DNA from: Escherichia phage YX22
DNA length: 64,000 nt
Direction: 5' to 3' (one strand)
Sequence record: OR776998
Part shown: in pieces, positions 53,401-63,500 of the stretch
Layout: every line of letters begins with the position of its first letter
Position numbering within the stretch: the first letter of the stretch is position 1
Position numbers and translations under genes: made by a program
The notes under the pieces: model-generated
Seen by the model: the letters and a program-made list of their open reading frames with translations, nothing else
What the model was told of the DNA's origin: nothing
Databases searched by the model: none

Positions 53401-55278
53401 TTGACCACCGTCCAGAGTGAAGTTAGAGGTGACGTCAGCGCCATTTGCGTTCTTCACGCTGATCAGCTTGTAACCATCATGGTTCCCAAGTTGTGCGCTG
53501 GCTGTCGCAGTAAACGTCACAGTCTCGGTGGCTTCGGTAACAGTCTTGGTCTTGATCGTCGCTGTGGTGCGGACCATCAATGCCAACAGGTTGATAGACT
53601 GGTTGGCGTACCCCGCGCCCAGGGAAATCTGCAGTGCTGAACCAACCGGAGTACCAGCCAGAGACAGTCCCGAAGAGATATCAAACTGAGCTGCAGTGCC
53701 ATCTGCTTTCGCTGCGGAGTACAGTGAAAACTCAGGGCTGAAGCTGTAACCCAGAGGAGCAGAAATTGAGCCTGCACCAGCAGCGTTCAACGTGATCTTG
53801 TTTGACCGCAGGACAGTGTAGTTGATGTCGATGGTGCCTGTAGGTGCTAGAGTCTTCACACCAAATACAGGCAGAGGGAAGATCAGGTCAATTGCTGAAC
53901 TCTGACTGAACTGATTGGACTCCAGTTCGCAGGAGAACATCGTTGTACCGCTTTCTTCATAAGCGACTTTGGTAACAGTACCCATGTCCCCAGTCACAAC
54001 CAGGTCGCGCATATACAGACGGAATTCAGTACCAGAGCGCTCTGCCGAAATCAGCAGGGCGGTGGCCTGCACATCGCTGGATGCGTTCAGGAACTTGTAG
54101 CGGATTGTGCGGGAGACAACCGGAACCCCTTTGGAGTTCTTGGACACCAGATAGTTGCCAGTCGAAACAGCCACAGGGTTGTTGTTCAGGATATCAGTGT
54201 CACGGGCTTTGTCAATTATGACCAGCTCTTCGCCGAGGTTTTCGATACGACGACCACGAACGTAGGAAATGCCTGGCTTCATAACCGCCACGAATTTGCT
54301 TTCATCACCACCTTCAGCCGGAGTGTAAACGCCGCCGTTGTTGTTCTGTTTCAGATGTTCGCGCAGGTCGATCTGGTGAGTAGAGACGTTGTAGTCACCA
54401 TTGGTCTCATAGGTACGCTGAGCCATGGCGTCTTCGAGGATGTTGTACGTTGACTGGGTGACCATGGACTGAACACGACCGTCTTTCACCTTCGCCAGTT
54501 CAACGAAGTCGGCCACTTCTTCATCATAACCGTAGCGAGACAACACGAGGTCGACGCGCAGGCGATGCGCACCAGGGGCTTTAGAGTTCGGAGTACCCTG
54601 AGCATTGGAGAACAGACTTTCATCTTCTGCTTCGGTCACGATTGTTTCTGTAACTTTGAAGCCAATGCGGTGAGATGTAGAGTTCGATGCGTTGTCTACG
54701 ATCAGAGTGGCTGGTTCAACATCCAGGAACATACCACGAACGAAATAAACACCCTTTGTCATGCGAGCGACAATCGAACCGCCAACAGTATCGGCCACAC
54801 CATAGCCGACACGGATGAAGTTATCGTTCACGTCATAGGTGTTGAAATATAGATTGTCGCCAGCTTCGAAACCGTCTGAACTACCACTCTCAGTCATCTC
54901 TAAGATGGCATACATTGTATCTGGCTCAGCCGGATAACGTTCCAAGGACAGGACGCGTGCTTTCGCATTGTTGTCCTTGCCCAGAACATAGAGTTCGGAG
55001 ATACCTTCCAGATCAGTGAACTCACTACCACCAGCCAGAGTGAACTTCATGGACACAGCAGTGTTGGTGATCGTTAGGCCGCCGGGGATAACCATTGAAC
55101 CGTCTTTGAACAGATGGTTGCCAAGTTTCTCCAGTTGATCCTGGAAGATGGTCTGCATCTGGTTCAGTTCACGCGTCTGAACTTTGATAGGTGCCGGACG
55201 GAATAGGATGCGCGAAAAACGCTTCTCTGGATTCCAGTCATCCCAATATGGGCGGCGGTTGAGGTTCATTTCTTGCAT
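50440..55278 (-). CDS. Giant virion-associated protein (1612 aa), putative tail fibre/baseplate-associated
   Basis: Internal ATG at 55278 (MQEMNLNRRPYWDDW...) downstream of the late-promoter element at 55312-55321, with GGAG 8 nt upstream; located at the head of the neck/tail late block. Confidence 0.6.
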   Translation of the reverse strand: MQEMNLNRRPYWDDWNPEKRFSRILFRPAPIKVQTRELNQMQTIFQDQLEKLGNHLFKDGSMVIPGGLTITNTAVSMKFTLAGGSEFTDLEGISELYVLGKDNNAKARVLSLERYPAEPDTMYAILEMTESGSSDGFEAGDNLYFNTYDVNDNFIRVGYGVADTVGGSIVARMTKGVYFVRGMFLDVEPATLIVDNASNSTSHRIGFKVTETIVTEAEDESLFSNAQGTPNSKAPGAHRLRVDLVLSRYGYDEEVADFVELAKVKDGRVQSMVTQSTYNILEDAMAQRTYETNGDYNVSTHQIDLREHLKQNNNGGVYTPAEGGDESKFVAVMKPGISYVRGRRIENLGEELVIIDKARDTDILNNNPVAVSTGNYLVSKNSKGVPVVSRTIRYKFLNASSDVQATALLISAERSGTEFRLYMRDLVVTGDMGTVTKVAYEESGTTMFSCELESNQFSQSSAIDLIFPLPVFGVKTLAPTGTIDINYTVLRSNKITLNAAGAGSISAPLGYSFSPEFSLYSAAKADGTAAQFDISSGLSLAGTPVGSALQISLGAGYANQSINLLALMVRTTATIKTKTVTEATETVTFTATASAQLGNHDGYKLISVKNANGADVTSNFTLDGGQRDAAYYLSNLISSTGAISGTFTVVYQYFAHSSGDFFTADSYSSINYPDIPNYVSSSSGTVYGLADSLDFRPKITSGASDTDMVRPNTAIILDAEYYLPRIDAVYLADNGVFNVARGVSSNNLASPAIPDNGMRLYELMIPPYTANIDDIQIRTIDNRRYTMRDIGKLETRISNVEYYTSLSQLESSAMSQQVFDPITGNPRFKNGIAADPFKDFRLIDDLSADWVGSIDTDNGRLRPFVQQNAIDLTPVGWNNVQDGMVVCNYTREISVRQDYATTTINVNPYAVFNWEGFLKLNPTTDYWFENYYVTPRVINETINTRGAIKEGSVYGTWRTVSVSERVWEPHGAGGVWWGYRYRTTVSTRDVTTYTYTDKTTTTLTGEQIVETQVIPYMRKTNINFEATGLRPFTRVYPFFSGRDVSAYCTPNGGALGGALNTDANGNIKGVFAVPQNETIKFNTGDNVFRLTDSPVDSKSADDTLTNAEAVHKSFGKKQGIQKTYVNTRVLGYTATKSTENKTETVEVAKWKDPIAQSFMVATNIGGEYIEGIEVFFSTKSRDIPITLEIREMSNGLPATTVVTRKTLNPSEVSVSTDSSVPTMFKFDYPVYLQAQTEFAIVLLANTQDYNAYIAEMGKKNLLTNEFIAKQPYTGVFFTSSNGTTWTPNQTADMKFRVYRCNFSAGSNIVTFDAKVGPKIRPLGLNTVKCVNGSSTVTVYAPGHGLTAGESVTLSGLTGGCGFTPEQLNAQHTVTDATFTTFKFVLSSNADSDGQIGGEAASFLGNYLVDMFYASVTNSALEGSVLKLEYRYRDATSNSFSDWVEFESDTDVSLPTEGIYRQVGDFQVRATMTRNESNVYTAPMIDGDDFTIIFNTYGVDPFEDVFSYVTKDIGFDNPCTTLKQYFGAMLPSQSSMTVQVKLLRAGQEMDNVAWETVTPTSPLVNDGSAFFEYEYDKTVDSTNPFVGLKIRLLVRGNRIAPPSFKDFRLIALA

Positions 55279-55311
55279 TTTGATGCTCCATCGATAGGTG
55301 CCATTATAGAG

Positions 55312-55321
55312 ATATTTAGTA
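55312..55321 (-). promoter_or_regulatory. Late-promoter-like element (TATACTAAATATC) upstream of the giant structural gene
   Basis: CTAAATAT core about 35 nt upstream of the ATG at 55278. Confidence 0.45.
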
Positions 55322-55384
55322 TACAACCAACCGAGGAATAGAAAGAAATAAGCCCGAAGGGGCTTTGATTATCTTTCTGTGGTT

Positions 55385-55516
55385 ATGGTCATGGATTCGA
55401 GACCTCTGCCATTCATGGTAGATGGTATTCAATTAGGTATGTTTAATATATCAGGTCAGACTATTACCTTAACTGCTGTATCGATTAGGGTAATGCAAAC
55501 AGTAAACTCTATATAA
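55385..55516 (+). CDS. Small plus-strand ORF, truncated paralogue of the 60275-60514 ORF
   Basis: Own translation MVMDSRPLPFMVDGIQLGMFNISGQTITLTAVSIRVMQTVNSI (43 aa, below the ORF-track threshold); C-terminal 35 aa nearly identical to the 60275-60514 product with mostly synonymous nucleotide differences. Confidence 0.4.
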   Translation: MVMDSRPLPFMVDGIQLGMFNISGQTITLTAVSIRVMQTVNSI

Positions 55517-55539
55517 AAAGTATTATTAATAAGTAAAAA

Positions 55540-55569
55540 CAACCCCATAGAAGTGGGGTTGTTTTTAAG
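55540..55569. terminator. Bidirectional terminator hairpin
   Basis: CAACCCCA-tagaag-TGGGGTTG followed by TTTTT on plus, with a T-run on minus as well; sits between the small plus ORF and the end of the 55580-57493 tailspike gene. Confidence 0.65.
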
Positions 55570-55579
55570 TGATTATTAC

Positions 55580-57493
55580 TTACATAACAACTGCGGCAGA
55601 TATGTATCCTGAATCTTGATACGATCCAGAAAGGTCAAAAACTTCTAAGTTAAAAGAGTCAGGGGATGTACTTACGGCATTAATTACTAATTTCCCTCCG
55701 CTAGTGGTATTGCCAACACTGCATAAAACAGCATAAGCAGAGGAGGGCATAGTATTAGATAGGTTGACGGTATATTTACCGGTCCCGGTTTTAGTTACAG
55801 TTGCTCCATCCGCATACACTAACGACCCCGAAATTCCATTAAAATTGATCATTGCCCGTGTACATGCACTCGACCTTTTTGCGACGGTAGACCCAATAAA
55901 TGCGTATTCTTGGGCCTTGTTAATATAAATCTTATTAACAGAAGTGTCAGGTACTTGTAAGACGTTGTCTATAACAACATTACAGGCTGTTGCTCCAGAT
56001 ACGGTAGAGCATCTATCTATCTCATAATTGTCGATATTAATAGCCCTTACAAAACCTATACCCCCAAATGCTGACCAGTTTTGTTTAACAAGAACACCGG
56101 AAATACCGGACAGGAAAATAAGATCGCCTGTCGTATCTTTGCTAAACGTGTTGTTGGTTATTGAAACAGAAGAAGAACGCGGTGAGTGACTATCATCTGC
56201 AACATATACCCTGGCTAAAGAAGAAGCAGTATTCTCTTCAAAGTAGTTACCATCTACCAGTAACTGCTGTGCACCCCCGGCGACAACACCTACGTCATAG
56301 CCCGTGTTTGCTTCAAATAGAGAGTCTCTGACTATGAAATTTCGTACACTACTTGCAGTACCTGAGTCTCCGATAAGAACACCGTTAACACCATCAAAGA
56401 AAGTACAATTATCAACTTTAACTACGTTGATATCTACCTTTGACGTTTTTACACCATTTGCACATTTAGCGAAATAGCATGAAGTTAGTTCAGCTACTCC
56501 GGAAAAATAGTCTGGGCTATCGTAATGTAAATAGACCCCATATCGAGCGTTTCTGACAACGCAATCTTGAAGTTTTAAATACCAAGCCCCACCGAAATCA
56601 AAGCCATCAGATGATGAATCCTGGATATCCAGAAAAAGTCCAGAAATCTTAGCTCCTATCGCACCACCTTGAACCCGAATGGCGGGTGACGCTAACCCGG
56701 TAAACTTAATTACTGAACCTGTTGTTTGGTCATTAACATGTCCAAAACTATTACCAACAATACATAGACTATCAGTGGCAGTTATGATTAAAGTAGAGCT
56801 TATAAGATAAATACCATCCGGTATGTATAAACTCTTTTTCGAATCTATTGCTGCCTGAAACGCGGCGGTATCATCGGTCACACCGTCGCCAACAGCCCCG
56901 AAGTCCTTGACTGACACCAGGTCTTTATTTTTATCATATAGTGTTCGCTTAATGGAGTTGGCCAGAGGTGACTTAAATCCGACCAGACCAGCGCCATCAT
57001 CAGATGCAAGATTGATTCTCAAGGCTGCATCACCAACACTAACCCATTTGCCTAACCCAGTACCACCAGCACTTTCAGGAGTTGAGCCAGAAGAAACGGT
57101 TTTAGGTAACTCGCCATCCCAGCGATACTTACCTGTTGTATGGGTAAGCAATTCATTTTTAACATTAAGTGTAGCACCAGTGTCAAACGACCCAGGCAAT
57201 GTAACGTATTCTTCACGGGATACGGCTAATTCCCCAAGATCTATGGAACCAGCTGAATGTACAAGTACAGCATTAGTACCAAGACTTACAGCAGTAGTTC
57301 CTGCCGGAAGTACAGGTAATGAGTAAGCTCGTTGAGTAGTCTTATCGTAAATGACCTTGTAACCACCTAAGTCTACACCTACAGCAAAGTAGACTACTTC
57401 ATTCTGCTTAACACCAAACTTACGGGCAATGGCTTGCTTATTGGTAAGAATACCAGTGGAGCCTTTACCACCTTGGGAGAACATCTCGTTCAT
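55580..57493 (-). CDS. Tailspike protein with parallel beta-helix (pectate-lyase-like) depolymerase domain
   Basis: 637 aa; N-terminal 150 aa conserved with the 60567-63593 protein (anchor module); C-terminal region has repetitive beta-helix coil signatures (NCTFFDGVNGV, GNYFEEN, ITNNTF). Confidence 0.75.
   Translation of the reverse strand: MNEMFSQGGKGSTGILTNKQAIARKFGVKQNEVVYFAVGVDLGGYKVIYDKTTQRAYSLPVLPAGTTAVSLGTNAVLVHSAGSIDLGELAVSREEYVTLPGSFDTGATLNVKNELLTHTTGKYRWDGELPKTVSSGSTPESAGGTGLGKWVSVGDAALRINLASDDGAGLVGFKSPLANSIKRTLYDKNKDLVSVKDFGAVGDGVTDDTAAFQAAIDSKKSLYIPDGIYLISSTLIITATDSLCIVGNSFGHVNDQTTGSVIKFTGLASPAIRVQGGAIGAKISGLFLDIQDSSSDGFDFGGAWYLKLQDCVVRNARYGVYLHYDSPDYFSGVAELTSCYFAKCANGVKTSKVDINVVKVDNCTFFDGVNGVLIGDSGTASSVRNFIVRDSLFEANTGYDVGVVAGGAQQLLVDGNYFEENTASSLARVYVADDSHSPRSSSVSITNNTFSKDTTGDLIFLSGISGVLVKQNWSAFGGIGFVRAINIDNYEIDRCSTVSGATACNVVIDNVLQVPDTSVNKIYINKAQEYAFIGSTVAKRSSACTRAMINFNGISGSLVYADGATVTKTGTGKYTVNLSNTMPSSAYAVLCSVGNTTSGGKLVINAVSTSPDSFNLEVFDLSGSYQDSGYISAAVVM
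57040..57493 (-). repeat. Diverged direct repeat: tailspike N-terminal anchor module (copy A)
   Basis: Nucleotide and protein similarity to 63125-63593 over about 450 nt, for example shared ELAVSREEYVTLPGSFDTGATLNVKNELLTH. Confidence 0.7.
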
Positions 57494-57550
57494 AACAACC
57501 TCTTTGTTTTTCTAGTAAACCACCCCTTATGGGGGTGGGGGAGTAGTTGA

Positions 57551-60229
57551 TTAGCTTAATGGTTTTACTTCCCATCGCTTGTCATAGTAATGTGCAAAAC
57601 CACAGTAGGATACAGACAGATGAACGATTGCATTTACTAGGCTTGCTGTAGGTAATGCAATTCTGACAAATGTTTTACCGTCACGTACCAGTTTAGTTAC
57701 TGTTACCCCGGAAAGAGATTTATCACCAGCAATCATATTAGACCAGACTGCACCAGAGGCTACATTTTCCTGTGTGCTACCGGATAGCCCAAACAGAATA
57801 CTGCCCCCTGATTCAGTACCAGCCAAACCATTTTTGTTAACTGGAATGATATCTGCACGCCCAGCAACGAAGCAACCATCTGGGATTTTAGTCTCTTCCC
57901 CTACAGCACAGAGAAATATATCCAAAGCCCTGTTCCATGGAACCAGTACAGTAGCTTCCTTGTGGTCAACACTCCGGAAGAACGAACTGCTATTAGAGTG
58001 AATTGCCGACAAAGTAGTGCCTGTATATGAGTTACGACCCTGTACAATATCTTCTCCATATACCCTGCCCCGGTAAAGGTTACCACGGTTATATGTAGAT
58101 ATTGTGTAGGAACCATCGCTAACTTTTAAAAATTCAAAATTACTATTTAATGTAACACTACGCCCAATATACTGGTTACTTGGAGAAGTGGTATTCTCCA
58201 TCAATTTGATAGCATAGTCAGAGTTAACGTAACCACTGTCAAAGATAATCCTACCAGCCTGGTACTCATTAGTAGGTAACTCAATAAAATGAGTTACACC
58301 AGTATTCATTTTAGACTGAATCCAACAAGAAACATCTCTGAATACGATTGTTGTTTGTGCAGCAGGGGAAGCTAACTGTGAGAAGTCTAATGCCACTGGC
58401 CCATTTATCCCTTCAATACCGAAGCCAGAGAATGAGAGGCTACGAATATCTCCATAAAATTTATGAGGTAAAATGCAACCATCTGCTGCAATGTTGCTAG
58501 TAGCAACATACATGACAGGCAATCCATTACTGACTGGCTCATATGTAGTACGGTTAATGGCAGCTCCCCATAAAAAACCAATGTCACAATGGTGTGCCCA
58601 AATAGATGACATATCCGTACTAGTGCTTCCATTGATACCAAAACCATAGGTACAGTCATATGCATACAAATTGGTCATAACACTAACAAAGCAAGCCATA
58701 GGCAAAGCGAACTTATAGTGGTAAAAGTCCACATCATGCACATTAAATGTCTTACCGCCACCACCTATGCCATTGCTTAAATCGAATGAACTAATAACAA
58801 GAGGACTACCTACGTAATCAGAATCAGCATTTCGGAAAGAGAGGCGACCAATAGTAATATTGTGTCCCCATCTGGTAGAGATGAATCCACCCTTACCTGA
58901 TGTATAAATAATACTTTGTCTCTGACCAAGACCCGTAATGGATAGAGATCTGCCAGTCCAACGCTGATTGCTAATATCAATCTGTGTATCACCAATATAC
59001 ATTGGTTGGGTAATTTTGATATTCAACCCATTAGCTACAGCATATGAATAGGTTGCTAACAAAGCATCCCCATCATTGTGCACACCAGTCAGGTCAGCAG
59101 CCCCCATACTTGGTGCTTTAGGATACGGACCGCCCTGAATGGTGCTGCCGTCGATATATGGGGCGTCCATCCACGCACCAAACATAGATGGGGTAACTTC
59201 GGTGCTACCACGTAAATCACGTACCCAACGTTTGCCGGATGCAGTAACAATAGTCATACCATTATCATCTGCTGATGTAACAGATGGTTTATATACAAAA
59301 TACCCGCCACCTAAATCACCGGCATTGGTTGCAATCATACCGTCAGTATGGGCTTCTACGTAAATACGTTGTTCAGCATAGGTAGGCTCAATTGTTCGCA
59401 GTACTGCAATATTGGGGCATGTACCAATCAGCTTACTACCATCAGGCTTGCTCAGGTCTTCTCTGAGACTAGCACCAGAATTTGGGACTTCCATCAAATC
59501 TACGGTAATGTTACCTGGACTGTAGGTTAACTGACCATTAGACACAGAACTAATATAGACATTGGTCGGTAATGAAGGCAGGCCATAAATTTTCTGAGCA
59601 GCTGCATCGAAGATAACTTTCTTGTTATCGAGTACTTGAGATGTATCCGTATTAAGAATTACCTCAGAATCTTTTACATTAGCTGAACGAGCGATTTCTT
59701 GAATACTTCGGTCAAACAACGGACTGATATTCGGTTGTTTAACAGACATTTCAGCGACTACCCAAACGCCTGCAGTCAGCGCAGTTTGTAAAGACACTTT
59801 CCCTGTCGTGCTGTCATAGGAATATTCAATTTCTGGTGTTTTGTACTCACCACCGATATAAAGAGATTGGACTCCATAAGATGTGTAATCAGGAGTGAAC
59901 TCGGTTTCACCTCCTATAGCCTGAAACTTATAGATTCGAATCCCGGTTTTATAATCTTCTGGAGACAGAATCTTATCAAACAGACAGAACACAACGTCAC
60001 CTTTGGATAATGCACACCCGAGATTCAACGTATTTCCATCGATTTCAAAGTTGTCTAACGGAACTTGCATACCACCGTTGATTGTGACTATACCCGTGAC
60101 AGGGTAGAAAGGGAGGGAGATAAACTTCTCTCCGCCCGTTGCTGTGTAAGTGTATGGAATCTGGTGCGGAGCTGTTACGACCGCTCCAAAGATGCTCTCG
60201 ACGTTTCTGGTCATTTGAAGATACCCCAT
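57551..60229 (-). CDS. Tailspike/tail fibre protein (892 aa)
   Basis: Long late ORF preceded by a late-promoter element; G/S/T-rich beta-rich sequence typical of receptor-binding proteins; alternative start at 60214 (MTRNV...). Confidence 0.7.
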   Translation of the reverse strand: MGYLQMTRNVESIFGAVVTAPHQIPYTYTATGGEKFISLPFYPVTGIVTINGGMQVPLDNFEIDGNTLNLGCALSKGDVVFCLFDKILSPEDYKTGIRIYKFQAIGGETEFTPDYTSYGVQSLYIGGEYKTPEIEYSYDSTTGKVSLQTALTAGVWVVAEMSVKQPNISPLFDRSIQEIARSANVKDSEVILNTDTSQVLDNKKVIFDAAAQKIYGLPSLPTNVYISSVSNGQLTYSPGNITVDLMEVPNSGASLREDLSKPDGSKLIGTCPNIAVLRTIEPTYAEQRIYVEAHTDGMIATNAGDLGGGYFVYKPSVTSADDNGMTIVTASGKRWVRDLRGSTEVTPSMFGAWMDAPYIDGSTIQGGPYPKAPSMGAADLTGVHNDGDALLATYSYAVANGLNIKITQPMYIGDTQIDISNQRWTGRSLSITGLGQRQSIIYTSGKGGFISTRWGHNITIGRLSFRNADSDYVGSPLVISSFDLSNGIGGGGKTFNVHDVDFYHYKFALPMACFVSVMTNLYAYDCTYGFGINGSTSTDMSSIWAHHCDIGFLWGAAINRTTYEPVSNGLPVMYVATSNIAADGCILPHKFYGDIRSLSFSGFGIEGINGPVALDFSQLASPAAQTTIVFRDVSCWIQSKMNTGVTHFIELPTNEYQAGRIIFDSGYVNSDYAIKLMENTTSPSNQYIGRSVTLNSNFEFLKVSDGSYTISTYNRGNLYRGRVYGEDIVQGRNSYTGTTLSAIHSNSSSFFRSVDHKEATVLVPWNRALDIFLCAVGEETKIPDGCFVAGRADIIPVNKNGLAGTESGGSILFGLSGSTQENVASGAVWSNMIAGDKSLSGVTVTKLVRDGKTFVRIALPTASLVNAIVHLSVSYCGFAHYYDKRWEVKPLS

Positions 60230-60293
60230 AGAGGATTTGCCAATATGGGGTATTTAGTCTGAACTAATAAATTTATGAACAAAGGTATAACAA
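60218..60293. repeat. Repeated promoter cassette (copy 1), about 75 bp
   Basis: Near-identical to 63597-63672: ...ccaatatggggtatttag(t/g)ctgaactaataaatttatgaacaaaggtataacaag; contains the late-promoter core and a 9-bp inverted repeat ATACCCCAT/ATGGGGTAT spanning the tailspike start codon. Confidence 0.8.
60245..60257 (-). promoter_or_regulatory. Late-promoter-like element CAGACTAAATACCCCAT
   Basis: About 20 nt upstream of the tailspike ATG at 60229. Confidence 0.5.
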
Positions 60294-60514
60294 GGAGAAC
60301 CAATGGAACTACAATAGTAGGTTCAGATGCCAGTACCAAAGTTCAGGGTGTAGATATAGCCAACAGGGATAACGTTTTAGCTACTTACACACTAGGTTCA
60401 GCAGACCCTTTCATGGTGGATGGTATACAGTTAGGTATGTTCAACATATCAGGTCAGACTATTACCTTAACTGCTGTATCAGTAAGGGTAATGCAAACAG
60501 TAAACTCTATATAA
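60275..60514 (+). CDS. Small plus-strand protein (79 aa) embedded between tailspike genes
   Basis: ATG at 60275; C-terminus conserved with the 55385-55516 paralogue, mostly synonymous differences; followed by a plus-strand terminator. Confidence 0.5.
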   Translation: MNKGITRRTNGTTIVGSDASTKVQGVDIANRDNVLATYTLGSADPFMVDGIQLGMFNISGQTITLTAVSVRVMQTVNSI

Positions 60515-60530
60515 AAAGTATTATTAATAA

Positions 60531-60568
60531 GTAAAAACTAACCCCGCCGAAGCGGGGTTTTGTTTATT
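60531..60568. terminator. Bidirectional terminator hairpin (ACCCCGC-cgaa-GCGGGGT)
   Basis: Followed by TTTTGTTTATT on plus and preceded by a T-run on minus; the same stem sequence occurs at 35913-35930. Confidence 0.7.
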
Positions 60569-63500
60569 ACTTCTGTTCAAGAGCAGAAAGTCTGGCTTCG
60601 ATTCTTTCCAGTTTTCTTCGCTGATAAGCAGCTTCAGCAAAGAAAATTCCGTCAGGCCGCACGCCCCACTCCTCACCCTCTTCGTGAATAACCACCTCAG
60701 TGAATACAGGCTCTTCCGTGGTGGTGACATTACCCTCCTCGTCAGTGTGTTCAACGATTTCATTGTGCGAAAATACCATATCGGTCATCCGTGGATACTT
60801 GTCATAGCACAGAACGGCATAACGACAATCCGTACTGTTTTCGTCCATCAGACCATGTGCAATGAATACATCACGAATTTGCTGAGCAATAACCCCGAAG
60901 TGAATACGAGCTTCATTGCCTTTCAGTTGAACAGCATCTAACCACTGGTACATGATGTAGTGAACGTCACCCCAGGCATCCAGGAAAGCATCATCAAAAA
61001 CTACCGGCTCCGTTTTCTTCTCTCCGTTAGAAGTAACAATAGGGTTGCTTCCGAGGTATGCAGTGGTGAAACGGTTGCTGGGCCCACCAAGAGCAATAGC
61101 GTTATCGTTATAAGGCTTAACATCAGCAGTCTGGAACAGGTGCTCAGCTCCGTTGTAAACTATCCTGCGAGAAGCTGTGTTATTCGCACCGTAAAGCGTA
61201 ATCTGTGCACCAGTAGAAGAACTGGTTCCTTCTCCACCGCAAAATATGGTGCGCTGTCCTGCTGGGTTATTAGTAGGTACAGATTTCCCAATAAACCCAT
61301 ACTCGCCTTCCAGTAGCATTTCAGAGCGAATGTTATTACTGGTGCTGGCCCTAAGGGTCACATGACCTAAACCCAAATCTCCTGTAAATTCCATTGGCGC
61401 AGGGACAGTGCGAACCCCATTCGTATCAAAAAACACGGGAACAGCTCTGTCAGGTACAGCACCATATCTGAAATCCCTGGAAACACGATTGTCTGGGCCA
61501 ATCTTCATTTTGTAGCAATACAAATCTGAGGGATGACCATCTGATTTGAATGGGTCTTTCGCTGAGTTATCTCCATATGTCCAGGGGTTCAGATGGTCTT
61601 CCCCACCGAACATGTAATAGATATAACTATCCTTAACAACCACTGAGCCAACACCGACTCCAGAGTTGACAATACCGCCCTGATAAATCTGGTCAGTGAT
61701 ATTCACCCACTGAGTATTATCCAGGTTCCAGGTGTCTAGGTTCACTCGCGTGTAGAACGTTCGTGGATAAGAAGTAAAGTATCGTTGATCAGGTACATTG
61801 GCTTCCCATTCGTTATCAGCACGCTCTGTGGCGAAAATGATTAGTTCATTACCGACTTTAGCGAACGGCAACGTAGAGTGGTGAACATTATTAGGAAATC
61901 TGAGTGATTCCCAAGTCATGCCCAAATCATGACTACGATGCAACGAACTCCCCAAACGATCTGAACGAGTACCACGAGTTAAGACATAAAGAACGCCATC
62001 AAAATATTTAACGCAAGGCTCTGCCGCATCAGGTTCATAATCAGCAGGAATACGACGTTTTTGGTATAAACCCGGGTTATTAAACGCATCCGGGAAATAC
62101 AACATGCCAACTTCACGAGGAGCAACATCACCTTGGTGATACCCCATCATGAATGAATCATTATTGATGGCGGTAAAACTATGAACTTCAGTCACCATTG
62201 GGATTAACCCAAGGCTGGTTTTACGCCACGGCGACTCATGGAACGATGTACCCATATGCCAACGGCTGGTAGAATTATTTTGGTCAAACGCCTGTTGATT
62301 TGGCGTGGTAACTGTGAAAGTGTTGCGGTCAATAACTGAAGTTACAGTCATATTCCCTGAAACTCCAGTCACCCCAGAGTTTGAGAAGTTAACAAAATCC
62401 CCAGCAAAAAGACCGTGTTCAGGGATAGTAATTACAGCCACAGGCTGGTTGGCGGCTTTAGTGATACCGCCTGTCGGATGGTAGTTACGGGACATGGGGC
62501 GATCCCACAACTCACAGGTTACCAGTGCGTTAGATGCCAATGTACGGGTCTCAATCATCGCAAAGAGACGATTACGCATCACCCCCATACTCATGCAGTG
62601 GTAGTTAACTGTCGGATAGTCAGGATGTAGGTCGGTTAACCACTCCGGGGTTGTCCAGGTCTGTCCGTCATCCCCTGAACGAACCCAGGATACATGCAGC
62701 CTGCTAACCCCATGTCTATCACTAGCCATGAACGGACAGTAAATAACATCGTCGTAAACGAACGCTTTATCTTGTGGCCACGCATTGTAATAAGGGGTGT
62801 CCGTTATTTTGAACAGCTCGCCCTGAACAAATTCTTCAGAGGCATAATAAAGCGGCTGACCAGGAATACGCTCATAAACAAAACGAGTGTTGACGAATCG
62901 ACTAATGTCAGGCAAGGATGTGACCTTATATGTCTTCCCATTGCCATTAATTTTCTGACCAACTGGTGCGGCGTTTAATACGCCATTAAGCGCTGAGGTG
63001 TCATCGGTGACCCCATCACCTTTTGCATTCCACCCGCGCGGGTCGAATGTGTCTCTCCATCTTGCGATCTGCAAATCTGGATATTTTGTTGCGCCATCAG
63101 GGTCAGAAAGCTGGCTTCTTAATGAAGCATCACCAACACTAACCCATGCACCAGTTCCAGTGCCACCAGTACTCCCAGGAGTTGAACCAGCTGGAACTGT
63201 TTTAGGGAATTCACCCTCCCAACGATACTTACCCGCTACATGAGTAAGGAGTTCATTTTTAACATTAAGTGTAGCACCAGTATCAAACGACCCAGGTAAA
63301 GTCACATATTCTTCGCGACTTACGGCTAACTCCCCAAGGTCTACAGAACCAGCCGAATGAGCGAGGATTGCCTGTTCGTTCAGACTAACAGCAGTCGTTC
63401 CTGAAACAATACCTGAAGGAAGAGAATAAGCCCGTTGGGTAGACTCATCATAAATTACTTTAAATCCACTGAGATCAATACCAGCAGTGAAATAAACGAC

